64,000 nucleotides of DNA. It comes from Patescibacteria group bacterium. Lineage in GTDB: Bacteria > Patescibacteriota > Patescibacteriia > UBA1558 > GWA2-36-10. The DNA lies in NCBI GenBank assembly GCA_041665505.1, contig JBAYIR010000001.1, forward strand, positions 220,392 through 284,391. The letters are read 5' to 3'. The first letter of the stretch is position 1, and each line of letters begins with the position of its first letter. Made by a program: the position numbers and the translations under genes. The notes under the pieces are model-generated. The model was given only the letters and a program-made list of their open reading frames with translations, did no database searches and was not told the DNA's origin. Below, piece by piece: positions 1 through 8,473 of this stretch.

Positions 1-912
1 TATGCTGGTATTTTTCCTCATGAAGGCGGTGAATATCAAAAATTAAGAGAAGCTATATTAAAATTAAAATTAAGCGACGCTAGTTTGGTTTTTGAACCAG
101 CTAGTTCTTCAGCTTTAGGTTTTGGTTTCCGTTGTGGATTTTTAGGCTTATTACATTTAGAAATATTTCAAGAGCGTCTCAGTCGGGAGTTTAATCTGGA
201 GTTGATTGTGACTATACCAACTGTGGCTTATCATATTTATTTAAATAATGGTAAAAATGAGGTTTTAACTACACCTTCAGAAATGCCTGATGTTACCAAA
301 ATTGCTTATATTGAGGAGCCATATATGCATATTGAAGTTATTACTCCCAAAGAACATATGGGAGGCTTAATGGAGTATGTAATATCTCAAAAAGGAATTT
401 CTAAAGATACTGAGTATATTGATAGTAATCGTTTAATACTCCGTTTTGATATTCCCTTGGCTTCTATCTTGGTAGATTTTTATGATAATATAAAAAGTAT
501 ATCATCTGGTTATGCTTCTTTAAATTATGATTTTGCTGATTATAGAAGATGCGAGATAGTTAAGATGGATATCTTGGTGGCGGAAAATCCAGTGGAAGCC
601 TTGACCAGTTTAGTTTATAGAGATGAGGCGCATAGAGTAGGTAAACGGATTGTTAGTAAATTAAAAGAAGTTTTACCTCGTCAACAATTTGTTATTAAAA
701 TTCAGGCGGCGATAGGAGGCAAGATAGTAGCTGGTGATAAATTATCTGCGCTTCGAAAAGATGTAACAGCCAAATTGTATGGTGGTGATGTCACTCGCAA
801 GAGAAAATTATTGGACAAACAAAAAAAAGGCAAAAAGCGTATGGCCCAAGGAGGAAAAGTAGAAATACCGCAAGAAGCCTATCTAGCTGTGCTTAAAAGA
901 GATTCTTCTTAG
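1..912 (+). CDS. lepA: Elongation factor 4 (LepA), C-terminal part; gene begins before the window
   Basis: Frame open from base 1 (YAGIFP...); motifs LGFGFRCGFLGLLHLEI and RKDVTAKLYGGDVTRKRKLL. Confidence 0.97.
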   Translation, partial: YAGIFPHEGGEYQKLREAILKLKLSDASLVFEPASSSALGFGFRCGFLGLLHLEIFQERLSREFNLELIVTIPTVAYHIYLNNGKNEVLTTPSEMPDVTKIAYIEEPYMHIEVITPKEHMGGLMEYVISQKGISKDTEYIDSNRLILRFDIPLASILVDFYDNIKSISSGYASLNYDFADYRRCEIVKMDILVAENPVEALTSLVYRDEAHRVGKRIVSKLKEVLPRQQFVIKIQAAIGGKIVAGDKLSALRKDVTAKLYGGDVTRKRKLLDKQKKGKKRMAQGGKVEIPQEAYLAVLKRDSS

Positions 913-1084
913 TTTCCGTAGCTAATGCCTAGTGTCCATAATACCATAGAAAGTATTATGAATATGGACATAATAATTAAGACTATTTTTTGAGATTTTT
1001 TATTCACACCATTATAAATCAATAATTATTTTTTAACTCAAGCTATTAGAAAAATTGTGTGGAATTTCTAAAGGAGTTAATATT

Positions 1085-1525
1085 ATGAATAATTTTAGCA
1101 AATTTTTGCTTGATCGGGAAGACTTGAAGCTGGTTTTTAAGTCAAAAAGCAGTTCAGTAGGGGTATATTTTATTATTCTCCTTTTTTTGTTAGCTTTTTT
1201 TATGCTTTTTCCAATGTGGAAAATGGGTTATCATGGTTTTTCCTTATGGTTAATCTGGGTAATTTTTTTGACATTTTTGCTAGCTAGAGAGATTATTGGG
1301 CAAAATAATGTTTATTTATTGACTAATAAAAGACTTATTCACCTTAAAGCAGCGGCCAAAATGGAGTATAGATTAGTTGGGTTTTTAAAAATATCCGATA
1401 TAGATAAGGTTTATAAACAAAAAAATAATATTTGTATTATAGCGCAAAATAAGAGATATTATTTATCAGCTATTGATTTAGCGGATAAAGTTTATAGTCA
1501 GCTAAATTCTTACATAAAAGATTAA
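1085..1525 (+). CDS. Membrane protein with two TM helices and a probable bacterial PH-like domain
   Basis: Two hydrophobic segments followed by YLLTNKRLI; ATG at 1085 preferred over the upstream TTG. Confidence 0.55.
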   Translation: MNNFSKFLLDREDLKLVFKSKSSSVGVYFIILLFLLAFFMLFPMWKMGYHGFSLWLIWVIFLTFLLAREIIGQNNVYLLTNKRLIHLKAAAKMEYRLVGFLKISDIDKVYKQKNNICIIAQNKRYYLSAIDLADKVYSQLNSYIKD

Positions 1526-1544
1526 AATCTGGTATAATATATTT

Positions 1545-2024
1545 ATGTTGCCAGGAAAAAATTTAGAACAACAAAATATTAGTCCTGAACAATTCAAAGC
1601 TATTGACAAATCAGTAGAAAATTCTTTAGATTCTGGAAAAATAGAGCGAAAAATTATAGCGCCAGCTCAGGAAAATTATAACAATCAAACTCCAACATCA
1701 GTAGTTATACCAGAAGAGCATAATGCAGTTGTTCCCAATAATCAACAAATTATTCATCGGCAAGTAGAAAATGTATTGTCCGCTGGTATGGAAAATGTAT
1801 TTTTATCATTAGACGCTGGTTTGCAGAGGGATTTTAAGCTAAAAGGGGAAGAAACTTCCAATAAAATTACTCTTCTATTGATGCAGACCAAGATAAAAGT
1901 TAGTGCCATTACTAAGCTTATTTTAGAGTGGCTTCGCATTATTCCCAAAATAAATAAACATTATCTAGAACAAGAGGCTAAAATAAAAACAGATAATATA
2001 TTAAAAATAAATCAACAAAAATAA
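1545..2024 (+). CDS. Hypothetical protein of a CPR-type family
   Basis: 159-aa ORF with C-terminal WLRIIPKINKHYLEQEAKIKTD; 3 bp from the next gene. Confidence 0.7.
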   Translation: MLPGKNLEQQNISPEQFKAIDKSVENSLDSGKIERKIIAPAQENYNNQTPTSVVIPEEHNAVVPNNQQIIHRQVENVLSAGMENVFLSLDAGLQRDFKLKGEETSNKITLLLMQTKIKVSAITKLILEWLRIIPKINKHYLEQEAKIKTDNILKINQQK

Positions 2025-2027
2025 AAA

Positions 2028-4490
2028 ATGAGTGATTATTTTATTATTGGCATAATTTTATTAATTGGGATTATTATTCTCATAGCTTTGTTTTATTTTG
2101 CTTTCAACCATTCTAGAAGTAGAAGTAATAAAAATCTTCAATCCGAAGTGTTGTTATTAAAAATTCCCAAATATATAAAATCGGAAAAGGAAGAACACAG
2201 CAAAGAATTTGTCCAAGCTGAATTAGGGCAAGTAGAAAACTTATTTGCCGCTTTGAGTGGTCTTAAAGCGCAGAGAAAATTTTTTGGTAGGCGGACAGAT
2301 ATTTTTTCTATAGAGATTGTCTCAGTTGGAGGCTTCACGAATTTTTATGTAGCCACACCAAGTGTTTATAGAGATTTTTTGATTCAACAATTGCAAGCTG
2401 TTTATCCAAAAATATATTTTGAACCAGTTAGTGATTATAATATTTTTCAAGCACAAGGTCATATTAAAGCTGGTGCCCTTAATTTTAAGGGTGATTATAG
2501 TCTGCCAATTAAAACTTATAAGTATTTTGAAAATGATCCTTTAGAGGCGGTCACTAATTCCCTAAGCAAATTAACTGTCAATGAAGGTGCGGCTGTCCAG
2601 TATGTATTTCGGTCGGCCCCTGCTAAATGGCATGCTCGGGGTAGAAAAATAGCACAACAAATGCACCGTGGTATGACTTATAGAGAGGCTATAAAGAAAA
2701 TTGGCGGCGGCGGTTTCTGGGGTAATACGTCTCAGGTATTCAAATTTTTTGCTAGTTTTTTGACTACCAAAGATCCAAAAAAAACTGACCCAGATCAAAA
2801 CGAGCCACCACAGCCAATGTCAGCTATGGAGCAAGAGCGAGCTAAAGGTATGGAAGAAAAAACTTCTAAATCAGGGCTAGAGGTAAATATTAGAGTGGTA
2901 GTTTCTACAGCTAATCCAGAGAGATCTAAAGCTATTTTAAATGATATTTTAAATAGTTATAGTCAATATAATATTTATGAGTTTGGTAATAGTTTTAGAG
3001 CCTATATTCCTAGTAAAGCTGACTCTTATGTAGAACATTTTATTTATCGTCATTTTCTTCCTCAAAAAAGTATGCTCTTAAACTCTGAGGAAATGACTAG
3101 TGTGGTTCATTTGCCTTTAACGACTAGTGAAACACCAAATATTGCCTGGCTGGAAGCGGCTAAAGCAGCTCCACCGGTTAATATGCCGACAGAGGGAGTA
3201 ATACTTGGCAAGAGTTTTTATCGTGGCAGGGAAACTTTGGTTCGTATCAAAGATGCCGATCGTCGTCGACATATGTATGAAATTGGTCAAACTGGTACTG
3301 GTAAATCAGTATTTTTGGAAAGTCTAGCCATTCAAGACATTGCTAATGGTAAAGGGGTTTGTGTATTAGATCCACATGGTGATTTAGCTGAAACTATTTT
3401 ATCTCATGTGCCAAAAGAAAGAGCAGAAGATGTGATTTATTTTGATCCCTCAGATGTTCAAAGGCCAATGGGTATTAATATGTTGGAATTTGAAACAGAT
3501 GAACAAAAAACTTTTGCCATCAATGAAATGATAGCTATTTTTGATAAGTTGTATGATCTCAAAGCTACTGGTGGTCCAATGTTTGAACAATACATGAGAA
3601 ATACCATGTTGCTTTTGATGGATGATAAGGAAAACCAAACCACTTTATTGGAAATTCCAAAAGTTTTAGCTGACGAGAGTTATAGAAAACAAAAATTGGC
3701 TAAAGTAAAAAATTATTTAGTCAAGGACTTTTGGGAAAAAGAAGCACAAAAAGCAGGTGGTGATGCGGCCTTAGCTAATATGGTACCTTATATTACTTCC
3801 AAATTAACTCCTTTTATAGCCAATGACACTATCCGTCCTATAATATCTCAAAGTAAATCGGCTTTCAATTTTAGGAAGGCTATGGACGAAAATAAAATTA
3901 TTATTATTAATCTATCTAAAGGTAAAATTGGTGAGATGAATAGTAGTCTCTTGGGAATGATAATGATTGGTAAAATACTTTTTGCAGCCCTTAGCCGAGT
4001 AGACCTACCAGAAGAGAAAAGACAAGATTTTTATCTTTATATTGATGAGTTTCAAAATTATATTACGGAGAGTATTTCTATTATTTTATCTGAGGCTAGA
4101 AAATATAAATTAAATTTAATATTAGCTCATCAATTTTTAGCACAGTTGGTTAAATCTAAAGATAGAGATACTGGAGTAAAAGATGCTGTCTTTGGTAACG
4201 TCGGCACATTGATTGCCTATCGAATTGGAGTAGAGGATGCTGAGGTAATAGCCAAACAAATGGCGCCAGTTGTGACGCAATATGATTTGGTTAACATGCC
4301 AAAATATACTTGTTATATAAAATTATTAATAGATAACCAAAATCCACCTGCTTTTAATTTTAATCCTATTATGCCAGAAAAAGGCAATTATGAATTGGCT
4401 AAGGCTATCAAAGAGTTGTCACGCCTTAAATATGGTCGGGATAGGCTTATAGTGGAAAATGAAATAAAACAAAGAATGTCTATAATCTAA
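2028..4490 (+). CDS. VirD4/TraG/HerA-like P-loop ATPase with N-terminal TM and a large N-terminal domain
   Basis: DRRRHMYEIGQTGTGKS (Walker A), LDPHGDL, YIDEFQN (Walker B), LSEARKY, AHQF. Confidence 0.85.
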   Translation: MSDYFIIGIILLIGIIILIALFYFAFNHSRSRSNKNLQSEVLLLKIPKYIKSEKEEHSKEFVQAELGQVENLFAALSGLKAQRKFFGRRTDIFSIEIVSVGGFTNFYVATPSVYRDFLIQQLQAVYPKIYFEPVSDYNIFQAQGHIKAGALNFKGDYSLPIKTYKYFENDPLEAVTNSLSKLTVNEGAAVQYVFRSAPAKWHARGRKIAQQMHRGMTYREAIKKIGGGGFWGNTSQVFKFFASFLTTKDPKKTDPDQNEPPQPMSAMEQERAKGMEEKTSKSGLEVNIRVVVSTANPERSKAILNDILNSYSQYNIYEFGNSFRAYIPSKADSYVEHFIYRHFLPQKSMLLNSEEMTSVVHLPLTTSETPNIAWLEAAKAAPPVNMPTEGVILGKSFYRGRETLVRIKDADRRRHMYEIGQTGTGKSVFLESLAIQDIANGKGVCVLDPHGDLAETILSHVPKERAEDVIYFDPSDVQRPMGINMLEFETDEQKTFAINEMIAIFDKLYDLKATGGPMFEQYMRNTMLLLMDDKENQTTLLEIPKVLADESYRKQKLAKVKNYLVKDFWEKEAQKAGGDAALANMVPYITSKLTPFIANDTIRPIISQSKSAFNFRKAMDENKIIIINLSKGKIGEMNSSLLGMIMIGKILFAALSRVDLPEEKRQDFYLYIDEFQNYITESISIILSEARKYKLNLILAHQFLAQLVKSKDRDTGVKDAVFGNVGTLIAYRIGVEDAEVIAKQMAPVVTQYDLVNMPKYTCYIKLLIDNQNPPAFNFNPIMPEKGNYELAKAIKELSRLKYGRDRLIVENEIKQRMSII

Positions 4491-4596
4491 ATAAATTTAT
4501 CAATTTTAAGCCAAAAAATTAGATTGCCAAGAGCCAAATTTTATGATAAATTATTAGGTGAAATAGAGCTAAATAAGCTCGTAAACAAAAACAAAA

Positions 4597-5181
4597 ATGT
4601 CAAAAGAAAAAAAAATTAAAGATTTAGAAGCTTTATTATATAATTTAGAATTAGAACTCACCAAGACTAAACAAGTTTTAGGTGAGTTAAGTGGTAAAAA
4701 CTCTTCTGAAGCGGCCAATTATAGTTTGAAGGCGGCTAGAGTCGGTAAGCAGATAGATGGTGATGAAGGTTTGGTAGTAGAAGGAGTTTTCAATGGCCAG
4801 ATTATGATTGGTCCTGATGGCAAACAATATAGTGTACCAGCTAATTATGCTTCTAAATCTAAATTAGTAGAAGGGGACATTCTAAAGTTAACTATAAATT
4901 TTGATGGTTCATTTATTTTTAAACAAATATCGCCAGTAGAAAGAACGAGATTGGTAGGCCACCTCATTAAAGATAAGAGTACTAATGAGTTTGTGGTTTT
5001 GGCTGGAGACAAGATATATAAGGTTCTAATGGCCTCAGTAACCTATTTTAAAGGCGAAGAGGGTGATGAGGCAGTTATATTGGTCTCCAAAGATTCTGAT
5101 AGTAATTGGGCCGCTGTAGAGAATATAATTAAAACTAATCATAGAGGGATTTCTACTGACGAATTGGATTTTAGTCTTTGA
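4597..5181 (+). CDS. Conserved hypothetical protein
   Basis: 194-aa ORF: coiled-coil N-terminus, then EGVFNGQ..GPDGKQYSVPANYASKSKLVEGD; co-oriented with dnaX. Confidence 0.7.
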   Translation: MSKEKKIKDLEALLYNLELELTKTKQVLGELSGKNSSEAANYSLKAARVGKQIDGDEGLVVEGVFNGQIMIGPDGKQYSVPANYASKSKLVEGDILKLTINFDGSFIFKQISPVERTRLVGHLIKDKSTNEFVVLAGDKIYKVLMASVTYFKGEEGDEAVILVSKDSDSNWAAVENIIKTNHRGISTDELDFSL

Positions 5182-5184
5182 TTT

Positions 5185-6684
5185 ATGTCAGAAGTCATCT
5201 ATAGAAAATATCGGCCAAAATTTTTTAAAGAGGTTATCGGTCAAAAACCGATAAAAATTACTCTAGAAAATGAAATAGCTAGTGGGAATTTGGCCCATGC
5301 TTATTTATTTGTTGGACCACGGGGCACTGGTAAAACTACCTTGGCTCGTCTTTTTGCTCGTTCTTTAAATTGTAGCAATCGTCAAAATAAAGAATCTGAA
5401 CCCTGTAATGAATGCGAAAATTGTAAAGTCATATTAGCTGGACGTTCTATGGATATTTTAGAAATTGATGCTGCTTCTCACACTGGAGTAGATAATGTCC
5501 GTGATAATATTATTGCCAATTCACAAATACCACCTTTTAGTAGTAATGGTTATAAAGTTTTTATTATTGATGAGGTGCACATGTTATCTAAATCTGCTTT
5601 CAATGCTCTGCTTAAAACTTTAGAAGAACCACCCAAAAGAATAATCTTTATTTTAGCCACCACCGAAGTACACAAAGTACCAGAGACTATTATTTCTCGT
5701 TGTCAGAGATTTGATTTTAAAAAAATACCAATCAAGGATATCGTCAAAAGAATGACTGAGATTGTGGAATGGGAAAAAATTGAAATTTCAGAAAAAATTT
5801 TATCAGAAATAGCTCGTCGTAGTGAGGGCTGTCCCAGAGATGCCGAATCATTGCTAGGTCAAATAATTTCTATTAGTGGTGGTAAGGTCAGTGATGAGTT
5901 AGCTTCTTTGGTTTTACCAAATAGCAATTGGCAAGCCATTGACGCTTTGACAGAGGCTTTAAAAGTAAAAAATTTACCAACTGCTCTTAACCAAATTAAT
6001 AAATTAGTAGAAGAGGGGGCAGATTTGAGCATTTTTATTGCTGATTTCATAGATTATATTAGACAGATAATGCTGTACAAAATTATTGGGCCTAGTTTTG
6101 CTCTTGATTTTGATGATAACTTAACAAATTCTATAAAAAAACATGCTCAAGATTTTTTATTAGAAGATATATCAAACTTGCTTAACATAATATTGGATAA
6201 ATTAGCCATTAAAGAAACCATAATTGATCAACTACCTTTAGAATTGGCTTGTGTAGAATTTTTATTGATTCAAGCAGATAATGAAGAAAAAAAGATTGAT
6301 AATTTTTTGGAAACAAAAGATAAAAAAAAAATTAATTTAAATATTCAAGATTTAGAAAAATTACAAAATAATTGGTCAAAAGTAGTGGAACGGGCTAAAC
6401 CATTTAATCATTCTTTGTCAGCTATGTTACAAACTAGCCACCCTTTGACAATGGAGGGAAATTTACTTACCATTGGCTTGGAATATGATTTCCATAAAGA
6501 ACAACTAGATAAATCAGCTAGCAAGGAAAATTTAATAGCCATTTTTAGTGATATATTAGGTAAAAAAATAAATTTAGCTTTTGTTATTGATGCCGATTAT
6601 AAACAAAACCATCAAAGTTTTAAAGGCAAAAGTGAAAGCGGAGTAGATCAAATTTTAGATACTTTTGGTGGAGAAATGTTATAA
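5185..6684 (+). CDS. dnaX: DNA polymerase III subunit gamma/tau
   Basis: YRKYRP, GPRGTGKTT, Zn cysteines, EIDAAS, IIDEVHMLS, SRC motif. Confidence 0.97.
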   Translation: MSEVIYRKYRPKFFKEVIGQKPIKITLENEIASGNLAHAYLFVGPRGTGKTTLARLFARSLNCSNRQNKESEPCNECENCKVILAGRSMDILEIDAASHTGVDNVRDNIIANSQIPPFSSNGYKVFIIDEVHMLSKSAFNALLKTLEEPPKRIIFILATTEVHKVPETIISRCQRFDFKKIPIKDIVKRMTEIVEWEKIEISEKILSEIARRSEGCPRDAESLLGQIISISGGKVSDELASLVLPNSNWQAIDALTEALKVKNLPTALNQINKLVEEGADLSIFIADFIDYIRQIMLYKIIGPSFALDFDDNLTNSIKKHAQDFLLEDISNLLNIILDKLAIKETIIDQLPLELACVEFLLIQADNEEKKIDNFLETKDKKKINLNIQDLEKLQNNWSKVVERAKPFNHSLSAMLQTSHPLTMEGNLLTIGLEYDFHKEQLDKSASKENLIAIFSDILGKKINLAFVIDADYKQNHQSFKGKSESGVDQILDTFGGEML

Positions 6685-6689
6685 ACCAT

Positions 6690-6763
6690 TCGGGGATCGT
6701 CTAATGGTAGGACAACGGGTTCTGGTCCCGTCAATTGGGGTTCGAGTCCCTATCCCCGAGCCA
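6690..6763 (+). tRNA. tRNA-Gln (anticodon CTG)
   Basis: Acceptor TCGGGGA/TCCCCGA, anticodon arm ACGGG-TTCTGGT-CCCGT, T loop TTCGAGT, encoded CCA. Confidence 0.96.
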
Positions 6764-6861
6764 ATATTTTATACTTCTTTATTTACAATAATTATACTTT
6801 GGTGTATAATATATTATGTACAATACGTATTATTTGTTGCCCTTAATATTATTGGAGTAGC

Positions 6862-7661
6862 AAATATCGCTAATAAAATATTATAATTTATAATTAACTA
6901 ATAAATAGTAATTCATAATACTATGAAAAAAATATTAACATTCGCTTTGTTATTTCTACCTAGCGTAGCTTCAGCTCAAATAACCGTCAATGACTGGGGA
7001 TACAATGAGTTAGCTCAAGGCAATATCGCCTTAGGTACCAGAGACTTAAGATCAACAATTGCTGGAGTTATAAACATTGTTCTAGGTTTCTTAGGTGTTT
7101 TAACTACTGTGATTATTCTCTTTGGTGGTTTTAAATGGATGACTTCTTATGGTGATTCTTCTAAAGTTGATGAAGCTAAAAAAATGATTGGAGCTGGTGT
7201 CATTGGTCTAGTAATCGTATTGACCGCTTATGCCATTTCCAGATTCGTATTAGTAAATATCGCTAATAAAACATTATAATTTATAATTAACTAATAAATA
7301 GTAATTCATAATACTATGAAAAAAATATTAACATTCGCTTTGTTATTTCTACCTAGCCTAGCTTCAGCTCAAAATGTCAATGACTGGGGATACAATGAGT
7401 TAGCTACTGGTAATATCGCTCTAGGTACCAGAGACTTAAGATCGACAATTGCTGGAGTTATAAATATTGTTCTAGGTTTCTTAGGTGTCTTAACCACTTT
7501 GATTATTTTGTTAGGTGGTTTCAAATGGATGACTTCTTATGGCAGTTCTGACAAAGTTGATGAAGCTAAAAAAATGATTGGCGCTGGTGTCATTGGTCTA
7601 GTAGTGGTATTAACTGCTTATGCCATTTCCAGATTCGTATTAGTAAATATTGCTAATAAAA
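6862..7661 (+). repeat. Tandem duplication with a period of about 393/390 bp (pilin gene plus leader)
   Basis: AAATATYGCTAATAAAA recurs at 6862, 7255 and 7645; the intergenic leaders are identical. Confidence 0.9.
6923..7279 (+). CDS. TrbC/VirB2-like pilin, copy 1
   Basis: Signal peptide and two hydrophobic helices with GGFKWMTS.G....V.EAKK.I..GVIGL. Confidence 0.85.
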   Translation: MKKILTFALLFLPSVASAQITVNDWGYNELAQGNIALGTRDLRSTIAGVINIVLGFLGVLTTVIILFGGFKWMTSYGDSSKVDEAKKMIGAGVIGLVIVLTAYAISRFVLVNIANKTL

Positions 7662-7669
7662 CAATCTAA
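7316..7669 (+). CDS. TrbC/VirB2-like pilin, copy 2
   Basis: Near-identical paralog of 6923..7279. Confidence 0.85.
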   Translation: MKKILTFALLFLPSLASAQNVNDWGYNELATGNIALGTRDLRSTIAGVINIVLGFLGVLTTLIILLGGFKWMTSYGSSDKVDEAKKMIGAGVIGLVVVLTAYAISRFVLVNIANKTI

Positions 7670-7685
7670 TAGTATTTATTTTTTT

Positions 7686-7714
7686 AAAAAGCATCCTGCT
7701 AAGGGATGTTTTTT
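7686..7714 (+). terminator. Intrinsic terminator after the pilin pair
   Basis: AAAAAGCATCC-TGCTAAG-GGATGTTTTTT. Confidence 0.7.
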
Positions 7715-7743
7715 AATTTTATTTATAATGCTATAATGAATAC

Positions 7744-8430
7744 ATGCAAATTCCTAAACATATTGGCATAATATTAGATGGTAATCGTCGCTTTGCTAGG
7801 GCTAGAGGATTACCGACTTTTGAAGGTCACCGTCAAGGTTTTACTAATCTAAAAAAAATAGCCAGACATGCTTTTAAAAGCGGTGTGGAAGTTTTGACAG
7901 TTTATGCTTTTTCTATAGAAAATTGGAAAAGAGATAAAGAAGAAGTGGCTTATTTAATGGATTTGTTTAGAATGTTTGTTAATAAAGAAATTGACATTTT
8001 AGCTAAAGAAGGTGTCAAGGTAAATTTTTTTGGTAGGAGAGAGGATTTTGATAAAGATTTGCAAGAATCTATGCTTAGGGTATTAGAAAAAACTAAAAAC
8101 GGTAATAAAGGTATTTTAAATATTTGTTTAAGTTACGGAGGCAGAGATGAAATAGTTAGAGCTTTTAAAAAAATATTAGCCCAAGGAATTAAAGCCAGTG
8201 AGGTAAATGAAGATTTAATAAATAAAAATATAGACTCAGCTGGCTTGCCAGATCCAGATCTGATTATACGGACCTCTGGTGAACAACGTTTATCAGGTTT
8301 TTTGACTTGGCAGTCAGTTTATAGTGAGTTTTACTTTCCCAAGAAAGACTGGCCAGATTTTACTCCACAGGATTTAGATTTAGCTCTAGAGGAATATAGT
8401 CAGAGACAGAGGCGTTTTGGGGCAAATTAA
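7744..8430 (+). CDS. uppS: Undecaprenyl diphosphate synthase
   Basis: PKHIGIILDGNRR, YAFSIENWKR, YGGRDEI, PDLIIRTSGEQRLSGF. Confidence 0.97.
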   Translation: MQIPKHIGIILDGNRRFARARGLPTFEGHRQGFTNLKKIARHAFKSGVEVLTVYAFSIENWKRDKEEVAYLMDLFRMFVNKEIDILAKEGVKVNFFGRREDFDKDLQESMLRVLEKTKNGNKGILNICLSYGGRDEIVRAFKKILAQGIKASEVNEDLINKNIDSAGLPDPDLIIRTSGEQRLSGFLTWQSVYSEFYFPKKDWPDFTPQDLDLALEEYSQRQRRFGAN

Positions 8431-8473
8431 TTTTTATGCTATAATATATAGATAAAATATTTAATATAAATAT

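Noticed and set aside
4597-5181. Possible ribosomal protein L7/L12 label for this family
   Set aside because: No L7/L12 motifs are visible; kept as hypothetical
6665-6886. 73-aa ORF after dnaX
   Set aside because: It overlaps tRNA-Gln and AT-rich promoter DNA; its NIANKIL end simply reflects the pilin repeat boundary
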